Assembly (NCBI GenBank): GCA_951406725.2
Contig: OX597822.1
Location: forward strand, 25,482,001 to 25,546,000
DNA length: 64,000 nucleotides
Direction: 5' to 3'
From: Octopus vulgaris
Taxonomy: Eukaryota
Part shown: piece after piece, positions 50,180 through 64,000 of the stretch
How positions within the stretch are numbered: the first letter of the stretch is position 1
Layout of the letters: the number at the start of each line of letters is the position of its first letter
Notes under the pieces: model-generated
Database searches by the model: none
Told to the model about the DNA's origin: nothing
What the model saw: only the letters and a program-made list of their open reading frames with translations
Translations under genes and position numbers: made by a program

Positions 50180-53100
50180 ACCGGGGACGTTTAAAATGTG
50201 AGGACGATAAAACAGTGCTCCGAAATCTATCCACAAACATCGAAAAAAAAGACATCGTATGGAGCCAAAAATTTACTAACAAAGAATCGGACTATATCCG
50301 AGTAAGTAAAACTCATTGAAATTTATTACTATTTTCGAAACGAAATGATGTATTTTAACTCGATATCATCTCCACCTCTAACACAACACATGTAAACATG
50401 CGTGGAACATTACGATCTATCATCACCAGATCATCCCCGATCCAAACACCATGTACAAAAAAACTACGAAGAAATTAAATAACACCGATATTATTCAACC
50501 CAAGAATAACAATCTGGAAGTACGTACTTTAAACTTACAACCGAATATGTACGAAAAACTACACGTATAAAACAATGTGACAACAGAAATGAACAGACCG
50601 GTACCCTACGAAAATGACGACCGTCAAAATAATGGGCTGGACGTTGTTCCTCATGTCTCGCAAATAAAACCCAAAAGACATAAATGGACACGTGAGGAAT
50701 ACATTTCTACCCTACACGCTTACTTCACAGCAGTGCTCTACCCAGAAAATGAAAACACAACAACACATACATATAAAATATGGAAGGAAAATAACATAAA
50801 TATAGACTTGGATACAGCAATGAACCCTAATAAACTAGCTAACGCACAAAGATACATTCTCAACGCAAAAAACATATCAGAAATAGAAATAGAACATCTA
50901 AAAGAAAAAATACATCAGGAAAATGTAGATAGAAGCCACACAACAATGCCCAATAATATAAACATTGAAACAGTAAAACACCAAGACAAACGTAACATTC
51001 CCAACAAACACGATGTAAACAAAAAAACAACAAACCCAGACCGTAAGGATGCATAATAATACACGACAAACAGCAAGCCAAAAAACGACAAACAAACATA
51101 CAAATGAGAAAGAAAGCGATACAAATCTAAAACCTGGAAACAACGAAGGGGAGCCTAATGATTATGATAATATAAAAAGTAGAATAATCAAAGAACTGAA
51201 AACCACAAATCTCAAAATGGACCACCGACCATACCTCCCAAAAATCAAAATAGACGAAACAGCAACACCAATATTAAAAACAGCATAAACCTAGCCGTCA
51301 CGGGACTAATAGCCACTGAAACAAAAAGCGATATCACTGAGCTAAATGACTTAGTATACGCAGTAGCCAGTGCAGCCACAAAAGAAGCTGGTTACTCACT
51401 CAAACCCATCCAAACAGGAGTACCACCACCCAAACAAACCCTATGGATAAATAACACCCAAAACAAAATACAAAAAATGAGAAAAGATCTGTCGATTCTT
51501 AATGAAATCAGTAGAAAATCAACGCTACCGAGCAACAAAAAGAAAACAAAAATACTCCGCAAATATAACATCACAGAAAAAGATTTACCTGAGATAAAAG
51601 AAAAGCTAAAGCAAGATATCCTTGCCAAAGCACAAAGGATCCGCCGGTACGAGAAACGCCAGCGCTTCTTTGAACAAAACAAAAAGTTCAACTCCAACCA
51701 CAAAAAGTTCTACCAAGAACTTGGCAAAAATAAAATAGAAATCACTGCAGCACCAATGGCAGAAGAAGTGGAAGAATTCTGGAGAGAAATATGGTCGGCG
51801 AACGAACAACCAAAAAAACAAGGAGTATTAAAACAACAAACTCAGCATCTGAGCAACTTTGGACCCCCATAACAACTGAAGAGGTCACCCAGGCACTGCA
51901 AAGACTAAGCAACTGGAAAGCACCAGGGCATGACAAGATCCCCAGCTTCTGGTTGAAATATCTAACAGGAATGCACAAAAAGCTGGCTAAAAACTTTAAC
52001 AACATACTAGTAGAGCCAGAGACAATGCCTGAATGGCTCACGAAGGGAAAAACCATCTTAATTCCCAAATCAAATGAGACAGCAAAACCAGAAAACTACA
52101 GATGAATAACCTGTCTCCCTACAATGTACAAGGCATTTACTGCAGTGATATCGCAAAGGTTGAACAAGCACCTGGACGAAAACAACCTGTTTCCAGAAGA
52201 GCAGAAAGGATGCCGCAAAGGCTCATATGGCTGTAAAGATCAACTAATGATTAATAAAGCCATAACTGAAGACAGCGACAGAAATCAGAAAGGCCTCAGT
52301 ATGGCCTGGATCGACTACAAAAAGGCGTTTGATAGTATCCCCCACACATGGATATTCGAAACACTGGCCATTAACAAAGTAGCACCAACAATTATAAAAT
52401 TCATAGGACACTCTATGAATAAATGGCAAACAGTGCTACAGCTCCAAACAAAAAAGGGACTAATGAAAACCAAAGCCATCCCCATTAGAAGAGGAATATT
52501 CCCGGGAAACACGCTCTCTCCACTCCTTTTCTGCTTGGCACTGTCACCTCTATCTGATATGCTAAACAGAACTGGATGCGAATATAAATGTAAAGGCAAA
52601 ACGATCAGCCACCTTTTATATATGGATGACCTAAAACTATACGCTGCAAATGACAAACAGCTGGAAACACTATTAAAGACAGTTCATGGATTTACCAAAG
52701 AAATAGATATGAAATTTGGATTAGAAAAATGCGCCAAAGTAACCATGAAAAGAGGAAAACTAGTTAAGAGTAGCAACATCACACTAGATAAAACCAATGA
52801 AATAAAAGAATTAGACCAAAGCCAAACTTACAAATACTTAGGAATCCATGAACTAGATAAGACACAACACACACAAATGAAAGAGAAAATAAAAAAAGAA
52901 TATTATAGATGAGTTAGATCAATACTAAAAACAGAGCTCAATGCTAAAAACAAGATAATAGGTATTAACACTTTAGCTGTCCCAGTTATAAGTTACAGCT
53001 ACAATATCCTTAACTGGACACTAAATGAACTGACCAAAGTAGATAGGAAAACAAGAAAAATAATGACAGGATCTAGGATGCATCACCCAAAATCTGACAT

Positions 53101-54220
53101 AGAAAGACTATATATACAACGTATAGAAGGTGGTAGAGGCCTTATACAGCTGGAAAACTACTATAAAATAACCACCATAGGACTGCAAAAATATCTACTT
53201 CAGAAGGAAGGAAACTGATACAAATAGCGGCAAAACACGAGCAAAACAAAAAACTGTTCTCAGTATTTAAGGAAGCTGACAAGTACAAACAAGAAATCAT
53301 ACCACCTAATTAATATGAAGAAGAAGAAGATGAAGAAACAACAAAAGCTATGAAACAAATGAAATCCAAACTAAAACTAGAACAGCAAAGAACCATGATA
53401 AAACGATGGTAAGAAAAGCCCCTTCATGGTAAATACTGGACTAAACTAAATGCAAAAGAAATAGACAAAGAAAAATCCCAGCAATTGCATACAAGACCAA
53501 AGCTTCCCCACCAGAAATTACCAAAAACATGTAATGAAAAGAAATATAACAAGTAACTGCAGAATATGTGGAGATGGACTAGAAACAATAAATCATATTA
53601 TCTCTGGCTGCCCAGTTCTGGCTAAGAAGGAATATATTCACAGACATGACAGAGTTGGAAGCTACATACACTGGAAGCTATGCCAACATTATGGAATAAC
53701 AACAGAAAAAAGATGGTATAGGCACACACCAGAAAAGGTCACAGAAAATGAGAAAGCAACCATACTCTGGGATATGCCGATACACACAGATAGAGAAATT
53801 AAGGCCAACAGACCAGATATAGTTGTCAGAGATCATGAAGAAAAAAATGCTTTCTAATTGATGTATCAATACCGGCAGATGACAACGTTTCTCTAAAAGA
53901 AATGGAGAAACTTTCAAAATACAAAGACCTGGAAATAGAAGTAACCAGAATGTGGGATCTAAAAACAGAAACAATTCCTATCATTGTAGGTGCATTAGGC
54001 ATGATACAAAAATATTCAGACAAATACATAACAAAAACACCATGACTTACAAACACACATAACATACAGAAAATTGCACTAATAGGCACTGCACACGTCC
54101 TGCACAGAACACTTTCCATACAATAACCATCAGAGCATCACAACAAATCACAGCACATACCCAAGACACACAGAGCTGCGTTCGATAGTGAAGTGAAAGC
54201 ACGCTATAAAAATAAAACTA

Positions 54221-54223
<3 letters not shown>
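50180..54223 (+). mobile_element. Decayed RLE-type non-LTR retrotransposon, R4/Dong clade
   Basis: Fragmented ORF: WKAPGHD, ENYR, EEQKGC, WIDYKKAFDS, YMDD, CRIC-x7-H-x4-C, RHD, RPDIV; 3' end runs into (AAT)n. Confidence 0.9.
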
Positions 54224-54252
<29 letters not shown>

Positions 54253-54318
54253 GTGCCTTCACCATTTCCTTGTCTGACTCACAGGTCTACACTTAGAGCG
54301 GTATAATCCACTCTTGCC

Positions 54319-54371
<53 letters not shown>

Positions 54372-54373
<2 letters not shown>

Positions 54374-54930
54374 GCCCTGATGCAGTACCAGGCAGTGGGT
54401 CTCATGGCTTCTCATCTTAACTGATTGGAAGTGTTATCATGTACATTGTTTTGTCTTGGTATAAAAGATGGGCTACAGCAAATATTCTGCTCAATACCAC
54501 AGATTTGCTTGTCAGTTGTTTGACCTTAACCAGTTGAGCATGTCCCTTAGTGGCTGACGATATGTGCATCTCTGATCACGAGCAGAAGTAGCGGGGGAGC
54601 ATCATAGCCATGTGTTGAGAGGAATTCTTTGGGGTTTGGATATTTCACCTCTGGAAACATGGGTGTTTCTTTCAACATCCTTAAACAACCCTTATTCAGG
54701 GACCTTTTGAGCAGGATGGGCTACTCGACCTGAAGAAAATTCTAACTGGGCCCCACCTGCAAGATCATGTGCTGTTTATCTTGATATCAGATCACCATGT
54801 CGCGCACATACGGTTGTGATGCATGTGCCTGGTGTACCCTTATCGGACGGGTTGTCATGATGGGTATACTGGGCTTCGTATATTTTACCCCAGTGTCCCT
54901 TTCATGGCATGCACTGCTCTCTCACTCAAT
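54372..54930 (-). mobile_element. Interspersed repeat embedded between (AAT)n tracts, family unassigned
   Basis: Bounded by (AAT)n on both sides; its end CTGCTCTCTCACTCAATAAT recurs inverted at ~56810-56828. Confidence 0.45.
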
Positions 54931-55399
54931 AATAATAATAATAGCAAAAGGGCTGATTGCTACCTATCTCAGGTACCAGGAAATCCCAAAACTGAATTTA
55001 AAAACTAGTGCTCACGGGAACTGCACATATCCTATCTTAAGATATGAGCAGATCCCTTAAGCACTATTTCTTATATAATTGTTCAACATTTCGTTGATTG
55101 AGGTAGATTTCTACTACATCGGATGCTACACCTCCGTGTCGCTGGGGTGTGTGCAGCGTTGTGAGTTCTTTTCTACAGTGTATAAGTCTGCAAACTCTTC
55201 CCAATATTGTATTGTGCTAGTTGTTTTTACTTCTCGATATGTAGTGCAGTGTTTTGTTTTGTTATTGCTTGTATCGTGCGGTGAGTGTGGCTGGAAGAAG
55301 TTCATTTTACTGGGAAATTGCTGTATAGAGTGTGTCTTATATTTGTCGGTTGTTTTGTTTAGGTTGTATTATTGGATTGATAATGTCTTGCGTAGGATA

Positions 55400-55650
55400 T
55401 GGGCTGTTACTAGCAGGGCTATTATTTGGACAGTGTCTAGTGTTGAGGATTCACGTATAGCCTCTACATTTTTATTTATATGATTTTTTATCATGCCCAA
55501 TGTTCTAATTATTATTGGTATTGTTTTTACTTTCATGCTCCACATTTTGAATACTTCAATTTCGTGGTCTTGTACTTTGACAATTTCTCCACTTCTTTTT
55601 TCACAATATTTTGATCAGAAGGGACTGAAATGTCTATCAGTAAGCAGGTA
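55400..55650 (-). mobile_element. Diverged R4/Dong-like RLE fragment
   Basis: Minus strand reads LLIDISVP...KYKxxEIEVFKMWSMKVKTIPIIIRTLGMIK, homologous to 53860-54010. Confidence 0.6.
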
Positions 55651-55654
55651 AGCT

Positions 55655-56297
55655 GTCACGTGTGGGATGGATCCGTCTATCAGCCGAGCCTGTAGTGACG
55701 ACCGCACCGCCGCCCTCTTTCAATCGGCCAGGCCAGGCAGTTTTCCTTTGTCTGATGGCTGTGGTGAAAGCGGTTGTTTGGTGGTCAAGGCTGAAAGGCA
55801 TGAGGGACAGATACATTCCTCTTTGGTAGAGCTTTCATTGACTTCCTCAAGTTTCTCTTGAAAAGGAAATTGAGAGTGGAGAGGGAAATGTTGTCCTCAA
55901 GTGAGTTTATTGAAAAGTGGGCAAAAGTTGCGAAAATTTTAAGAGTGGTTAGTACATCTTTAAATGTAGAACTATGAGTCGGAGAGAAGGAATTGAAGAG
56001 GGCACTTGCTCTTGGGGTTTCAGGGAAAATTCGGACTGTGGGGTTCCTCGATTATCAGTAGAGGCCTTCCTGTATCAGGAGGGCCACATCTCTATCATCT
56101 TCACTGCCACTTTTTTTAACCTTTGTATACTATACATATGTCCATTCTCTTTCAATGTATACCGTGTATAATTAATTTATTTATTTCTATCATTTTATTA
56201 TATCTTTTTCTGTCATTTCATTATATGTAAATCCCCATACTTTATGTTTATCTTTGTATTGACCCCTTCATTCTTCGCCTTGTAGCAAATAAAAGAG
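55655..56297 (+). mobile_element. 5'-truncated older Tx1/L1-type LINE (ORF2 C-terminus + 3' UTR)
   Basis: ...AVVKAVVWWSRLKG...KRKLRVEREMLSSSEFIEKWAKVAKILRV matches ORF2 AIAKEVIWKTRMKG...KRKIGLERICLTRRAYEERWKDVARKLRM; degenerate tail. Confidence 0.75.
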
Positions 56298-56301
56298 ATT
56301 A

Positions 56302-56356
<55 letters not shown>

Positions 56357-56370
56357 CGTTATTATTATTA

Positions 56371-56427
<57 letters not shown>

Positions 56428-56781
56428 ATTATTAAGTCAAAATTAAAAGAAGAGTGCCATAAGGAGTTTTATAAAATCAAAGATTTTATATTTCTGCTTG
56501 ATTTTTCTAGCTTGTTTTGTCTTAACATTTACTCTTCTAGAAAGTTCACCGACAACTGATACATCTGCCCACAAAAATTCTTTTTATATTGCTACTTTCC
56601 ACTTAGAAGGTCTATTGACATGTTTGGTCCTTTTCTGTGTCGTCCTGATACCTAATTGAGCAGTTACAACATTAACAGTGGAATAGATTAGGTTATTTAA
56701 TGTAGTTAGGTCATTTCCATTATTTTTTAAGACCTGTCTAAGAGCAACATTATATATCATGATTATGCTGCTTTTTTATGC

Positions 56782-56813
<32 letters not shown>

Positions 56814-56842
56814 GAGTGAGAGAGCAGTTCATTATTATTATA

Positions 56843-56892
<50 letters not shown>

Positions 56893-57109
56893 GAGGGGCA
56901 GCGAGCTGACCGAATCGTTAAACCGCCGGGCAAAATGCTTAGCAACATTCCGACGATCTTCACGTTCTGAGTTCAAATGACTCCGCGGTCGGCTTTGCCT
57001 TTCATCCTTTCGCGGTCGATAAAATAAGTACCAGTTGAACACTGGGGTTAATATAATCGACTCGTACCTTCCACCGCAAAATTGCTGCCTTTGTGGCAAA
57101 ATTTGAAAC

Positions 57110-57110
<1 letters not shown>
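56893..57110 (+). mobile_element. tRNA-derived SINE family A within (ATT)n
   Basis: Family head and body flanked by (ATT)n. Confidence 0.75.
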
Positions 57111-57157
<47 letters not shown>

Positions 57158-58070
57158 CATCATCATCATCAACGTCGTCGTCGTCATCATCATCATCATT
57201 TGTTATTAAGACCACTCAACAATATTGAGCATCGAAGTACATCGGTCCGTTGAATAGATATTTTGATTTTAAGATGTCTTGCACAACATAGGAGTGTGAG
57301 TGTACAGCTTAAAGCGTGACAAATAGTATTGAATGTCAAAAAACATAACAGCCGATACAAGCATATAGCCGAAAGAGTTTGTATTTATAGACTTTGGGAT
57401 TCACATAGAAATTGGATTAGCTATATCCAAAATAAGAGATGTAGCGGTAGGGTGTAATGTTTAATCCATTTGACAGTTGTTCATAATCTATATTTAGTTG
57501 CCTCAGCGACGCTAAAACGTCTAACACAAGCATATATATAGATGTGCATCTATAGATATATAACTGTGCTGCAACAAAATGAACCAGATAGCTCATGAAG
57601 ACATTTCATGGGCAGGGAGCATTTAACCCCGCTCATTTTAGCTAGGTTATCTTATATAGCAACAGCTATGGGATGCATTTATTAATTTTCCATACTTTAC
57701 AAATATTAGGGTGCTCATACTCCGAACATATCAAACATCCAATACAAGTAGGTAAATAGAATCAAAAGATATATACAATAAAATCAAAAACAAGTTAATT
57801 ATTCACATATTTGTTTACCAACGTTTAGTTGTATACCACTGTTAGATATGAAAATGAAATAATATAATGGAATAGGACCAGCAGTTTTGAGAGGACGGGG
57901 AATCGAGTACATCCTCCCCGGACTTGACTACTCCTTATTTCATCGACCCCCATTGGATGAGAAGTAAAGTCGACCTCGATGGAATTTAAACTTAGATAAA
58001 GACGAACGAAATACCGCTAAATATTTTGTCCGAAATGCTCGCTGACAGCTGACCCACATGAAATATATAA

Positions 58071-58456
58071 TCTCTCTCTATATAAACGGCAGTTTGTCTG
58101 TGCGTGTTTCTGTGTGTCTGTTTGCTTGTACCCTCACTCTGACCACGGCTTTCAACCGATTCTGATGAAACTTGACACACACATAGCCCAATGTCATAAT
58201 TCAAAACTAACGCAGCGAAAATTTTGAAAAGTTCCCCCAGTTCTGAAAAAAATCGAATAAATTCGACATGGGGTCGAGAATAAAAAAAAACAAACCACAG
58301 ACTGTCTAGGGGACGCAACTCAACCTTTTTTTACTCTCAAAAAAATTTACTATCATTTTTTTTCCATTTTTTTACTATTTTTTGGCTATAACTCTCTAAA
58401 AATGCTTTATAGTTATTTCCCTTACAAACCTGAGCAACGCCGGGCGATACTGCTAG
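58071..58456 (+). mobile_element. Non-autonomous Helitron-like element
   Basis: A|TC 5' end, CTAG|T 3' end, subterminal GC-rich GAGCAACGCCGGGC, no TSD. Confidence 0.7.
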
Positions 58457-58836
58457 TCAATAATATAATAAAAACGTGAATATTGAGATTTAAAAAATGT
58501 AGAAAATATAGTTTTTCATATCTATTTTTCTCATTTTTTTTATTTATCCGTTTTATTTTACGTAATACACACACACACAGTTACATGTATGCCTGTTCTT
58601 TCATAAATGCATAATTCGTTGAAATATACTTTTACAGACATATATGTTTATATAGAAATGAATAAAAATATACAAAAGTTGCCTGCTGAAATAAGGATAC
58701 GAAAACTGTCCTTGATCCTGAGTTCGGAGAACTAAGCTACGCTCCTGGACTGTAAAAACTGAACATAGTTTATTTCATTCAAATATTTTTTCTATATAAC
58801 CGTAAGAGTGGCTGTGTGGTAAGTAGCTTGCTTACC

Positions 58837-60972
58837 TCATTGTGCATGTGCGAGCCAGAGTTATGTTTGACACTGAAGCAGTAAGACGCGCTTTTGAAGC
58901 CGTCTTAAATTGAAGATCTATGAAACTCAGCTGTAAGGTAAGACTTTCGCCTAGTGAGGGCCATGTCGCAAATTATTTTTACAAACAAGAATTCCTCACT
59001 AGACTCTAGTCTGCCTCAGGCTGAGTGAAAATATTATTCACTTAATTGTGAAAATTATTGGTTTGGTGGGCGTATCCTGCCAAAATTTTTGCTTGAAAAT
59101 AGTATCGTTCCTGTTAAGGAGTACCTAGAAGAAAAATGGAATAATTTTTTAACTGTTTTACAATTGTGTTAAATTTTGGTTTGGAGTACCAAGTGGCCTT
59201 TGCTGTGTATTGAACTGTTGCTCTCTCTTCGTCTATCTTTGATTTAAAAAAAAAACTATTGCACTGTTAATTTTTTTCTCTCTCCTTCCTTTTGGACTTT
59301 TGTCTTCTTCCTTCTTTTTCTTTATTTTATATTTTAACAACTGTATTTTTGGACTCTTTAAAAAAACATGGCAAATAATAATGAAAAGTTAATGGAGTGG
59401 GAAATTATACCTCCCCAAAAGATGGTTAAAAGAACTTGAAAGTAAGACGGTGGTTTTGAGGACCTACTATAGGACCCTCGATGCCATTGCCGTTTCCAGT
59501 AAATATAATCGAAAGAGAGCTGGCAGAATTTAAGCCAGCGATTAAGTTTATCACTCGTGGGGTCAAATACACAACCGTGTGGTTGCTGTTTGACTCCCCA
59601 GAAGTGGCCTTTGAATTTGCAAGTCAGCCCCTGGCGGGTAATGAAATTTTGTTTCTTTTCACTTATTGTGGGAAGAGTTTGACGAGGGCTTGGTTTTGCG
59701 GCTTGTCACCCGGAGTTGAGCCCCAGTAGATAGGAGATACTATCTGCCGGAGTCTGGGTAGCAGTAGCATCAAGCTCTTCAGCGTAAATATTCTGCCTGC
59801 GGCTGACTGGGACGGGTCAAAACTGTTTTGACCCTATGGACCCAGTCAGCTGAAAGTCTGGTATTTCCAGACTTTTTGAGAATGGCCGGGCCTAAGTATC
59901 CGGTGATTCTTGAGGGACGCCCCCCCCCACCAGTGTTATCGGCGCTTGAAGCCTGGCCATATAAAAAAGAACTGTTCTCAAGGGCAAAGCAAAGTCCCGG
60001 AGCGGTTCACGGAGACCTCTGTATAGGAGGGAATGAAGGCGGCCGAAGAGACAGAGGACTCCTCAAAGAAGAGCCGCAAAAGGAAGAAGGAGAGCAATAA
60101 TGGGTGCTCACCGAAGGATCCTGGGGATGAGGGAGGTGAGGCAAATCTCCAGGTCATGGAGAAGACGCACCCTCCCCCAGTCGAGAAGAAAAAAAAAGAG
60201 GAAGAGTAGAACCGGGACATTGCCGGCAGTCGGAGACATGACGCCGGAGTGTCACGGAGCCTCGTCGGTTGTACCACCGGAGGGTGGGGGGGACACCATT
60301 GGCGGGAATTGTGCCGCCAACAGTAAAATTGACCGCCCCGAACCCGATGGACGAGAAACTGTTGGTCTTCTTTTATAGAGGCGGAGAGGTGGAAAAGATA
60401 GTGAAAGAACACTACGAGGGAATACCTTCACACAGGATCCTGAATGGCCTCCGCAGATAGCTGTGGAGGTCATAACGTTGCGCCTGTTTATAATGCTGGA
60501 CGGACTAAAAGAGGAGTATCGCTAGTGGCCGAGTAACGCCAACTCGGACTACGCCGTGATTTTAAACGAAGCATGGGTTATGGCGAAGTACACGGACACA
60601 AGCGATTATGAGGTGGAAAATTGACAAGCGGTTGAAAAGCCTCAGTGTTATAAAGTGTAAGAGACCCAGCGCCTCATTTGTAAATGGACTAGTGTTGATT
60701 GAATATTGAATATTTTTTGCATGTTAATATTTGTTAATATTTGGAGTATTAAGTCCCAAAACTGTAAAAACTGTTGTGAGAGGTTCAATACCTCGCTTCT
60801 TTTAGTCGGTTTAAAAAAAAAAAGAACAATGTTGTAGAGAAGGAGAAAATCGGCGGGCGTTTTTGCCCTCTCTCATCAATATCATCCTTATTTCATCATT
60901 CACCTCATCAATGTATATGTCCAGCCCGCAGCTACTCTTTGTAATAACTTTATGGCAAATTTTTATGAAATA
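58837..60972 (+). mobile_element. Older ORF1-only retroelement inserted into a family-B SINE head
   Basis: 16-bp TSD AAGTAGCTTGCTTACC (58821-58836 / 60973-60988); SINE halves at 58806-58836 and 60973-61050; decayed ORF1 (FITRGVKYTTVWLLF; ILEGRPP..CYRRLKPGHIKKNC); no RT. Confidence 0.8.
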
Positions 60973-61102
60973 AAGTAGCTTGCTTACCAACCACATGGTT
61001 CCGGGTTCAGTCCCACTGCATGGCACCTTGGGCAAGTGTCTTCTACTATAGTCATACTCGGTCACGAATGGACATCCATCATTACACACATAAACACGCA
61101 CA

Positions 61103-61156
<54 letters not shown>

Positions 61157-61848
61157 CACACACACACACATAGAGGAACCCACATACACACGTACACAGA
61201 CGCGCAGATAAATATAGATTGGTAGTTATGGAGAGAAATTTATAAATACAAGCATATATATATATATATATATATGAACATACACACATATTCATACATA
61301 TGCTCACACGCACGCATATGATAAAACGAAGAGGATAATTTTCTACAGGTGAAAGTATTTGGTTGAGCTTCTCTAATTCTCATTTATGATTATTCGATAA
61401 TATATCATCCTACCTACTTTTATAGAATTCCTGTATCTATATTTACTTGCTGTAGAGGCAAAATTGACATTTTAGACAACGGAGATAATTGATTTCAGAA
61501 GGTAAATATTAATATATAAGAATCATAAATAAGAACGGCTTACGTTAGCATTGCTGAATTATATCTGAAATCAATCTGTTTACAGAACCAAGTAAGTGGT
61601 GCTACTAATGAATTAATCTGACTGAGAAGACTCCAGAAGAACTTGTTTATTTAGTGATACTCAGTTTAAGTGGAATAATGTTGCTGATTCGGCACAATAA
61701 GTCAAGAATTATTGCACGCGAATTGATCTTTTACCTTCGCGATAACCTTCTCTCTTGAAAGCTAAATGACACACACTCGCACAAGCAATGCTCCCCACAC
61801 ACACTCACACGTACACACACACATATGTACATATATATGAACATACGT

Positions 61849-62158
61849 GTGAAGGCGCATGGCTCAGTGGTTAGAGCGTCGAGCTTACGATCGTGAGGTT
61901 GTGAGTTCGAATCCCGGACCGGGTTGCGTGTTGTGTTCTTGAGCCAGACACTTTATTTCACGTTGCTCAGCTGTAGAAATGAGTTGCGACAACACAGGTG
62001 CCAAACTGTATCGGCCCTTGCTTTTCCCTTGGATAAAACTGGTGGCTTGGAGAGCGGAGGCTGGTATGCATGGGCGACTGCTGGTCTTCCATAAACAACC
62101 TTGCTCAGACATGTGCCTCGGAGGGTAACTTTCTAGGTGCAATCCCACGGTCAGTCAT
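61849..62158 (+). mobile_element. tRNA-derived SINE (third type)
   Basis: A box TGGCTCAGTGG, B box GTTCGAATCC, followed by a non-tRNA body. Confidence 0.75.
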
Positions 62159-62356
62159 ATATTATATGCACACACATATGTCTGGTGTGTTTACGTCCCT
62201 GTAACTTAGCAGTTCGGCAAAACAGACCGATAGAATAAGTACTAGACTTACAAAGAATAAGTCCTGGTGTCGATTTCTCGACTAAAGCCGGTGGTCCAGC
62301 ATGACCACAGTCAAAATGACTGAAACGAGTAAAAGAGTAAAAATAGAGTAAAGAGA

Positions 62357-62395
<39 letters not shown>

Positions 62396-63138
62396 TGTGT
62401 GACTATGTATGTGTGCGTGTGCGTTTGTGTCTGTGTTTGTCCACCCTACACCGCTTGAGAACCAGGGTGGTGTGCTTGTGTTCCCGTAACCTATCAGTTC
62501 GGCAAAAGAGCCGGATGGAAGTACCAGGCTTAAAAGGTAAACACTAGAGTTAATTCATTCCGTTAAAGGTCTTCGAGAGAATGCACCAGCTTGGCCGTAA
62601 TCCCATGACTGAAAGATGTAAGAGATAAAAGAAAAGATATATATGATTATTATGTTATATATCTTATTTCATTCTAATATTTATATTATAATATAATATA
62701 TCATATCGTATCATATAATTCCAACTGTGTACTGGTGATCAGGTTTTTCAAACTGACCACTGATGCTAGACCTGGCCATCGTAGATGGCTACGATGAATA
62801 AATATGCTTAGATTTCCGTATAGACAATACAGTGTTGATTTTCTGAGGCTTCATCCTAAAGTAGAAAGCAACTGCTTAAATCAACGGAACATTAAGCACT
62901 CACGCACTCCAACACACATACATGGACATGTGAGATAGATCCGTTTCTGCATAGGCAATACAAGTTATTGTACATCTCAGAAGTAAATGGGTGTTATGAT
63001 TGTATTTCTATGTAACTTAAAGAAATAGGGTGAATATGCCTTAGATATACCACTTCAAGAAATACGTAGTATTTACCCGTAGTTACCTGATGTTTAGGCA
63101 TGAGTATATATACATATGTATATACATACATGTATTAA

Positions 63139-63723
<585 letters not shown>

Positions 63724-63899
63724 AAAACCAAAATTCTTGTGAAATACAGCTACCCAGAGTTTCCTCTTTGAAATATTAATTTATTTCGCCGTTTTCCAAG
63801 CTGAAAAAAACAAGACCATTTGTCGAACTGCGTTCGAAGTTGATGTTACATATATATATATATATAAAGAGGATCACAACAAATGATATCTTTATCTAA

Positions 63900-63939
<40 letters not shown>

Positions 63940-64000
63940 TTAGGTAAAAATATCATTTCTTGTGATTCTCTTTAAACTTTTGGAATGCACACAGCCACAT

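Noticed and set aside
61849-61925. Possible tRNA gene (also 16535 and other SINE heads)
   Set aside because: A and B boxes are present, but there is no clean acceptor stem or terminator and the sequence continues into SINE body.

Overview
Repeat-dense, AT-rich eukaryotic DNA. The (TA)n/(CA)n/(TATG)n/(ATT)n load and tRNA-derived SINE families resemble an Octopus/coleoid cephalopod genome (inference). No host protein-coding exon is supported; nearly all short ORFs are microsatellite translations. The main feature is a ~14 kb head-to-tail retroelement array (33998-47906). It holds five ORF1-only units (RRM-like + CCHC knuckle, no RT; HAL1/HeT-A-like) followed by a full-length Tx1/L1-type LINE with an intact 1131-aa APE-RT ORF2 and a 16-bp TSD. 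The LINE, the ORF1-only units and a SINE subfamily all end in the same 3' stem-loop tail (GCCC-loop-GGGT-ARTAAA). Tailed SINEs recur at one exact junction inside tRNA-derived SINE heads (GGTATTTCGTCTG), and the ORF1-only units begin with a similar motif (GGTTTTTTCGGCTC). A sixth, older ORF1-only element sits in another SINE head with its own 16-bp TSD. Together this suggests a three-tier system (LINE, ORF1-only parasite, SINE) with target preference and self-targeting. Also present: a decayed R4/Dong-type RLE retrotransposon in (TAA)n, mariner remnants and a MITE, Helitron-like elements, Penelope-like remnants with degenerate hammerhead motifs, and two long inverted repeats. All alignments were made by eye, so boundaries are approximate to a few bp unless a motif is quoted.
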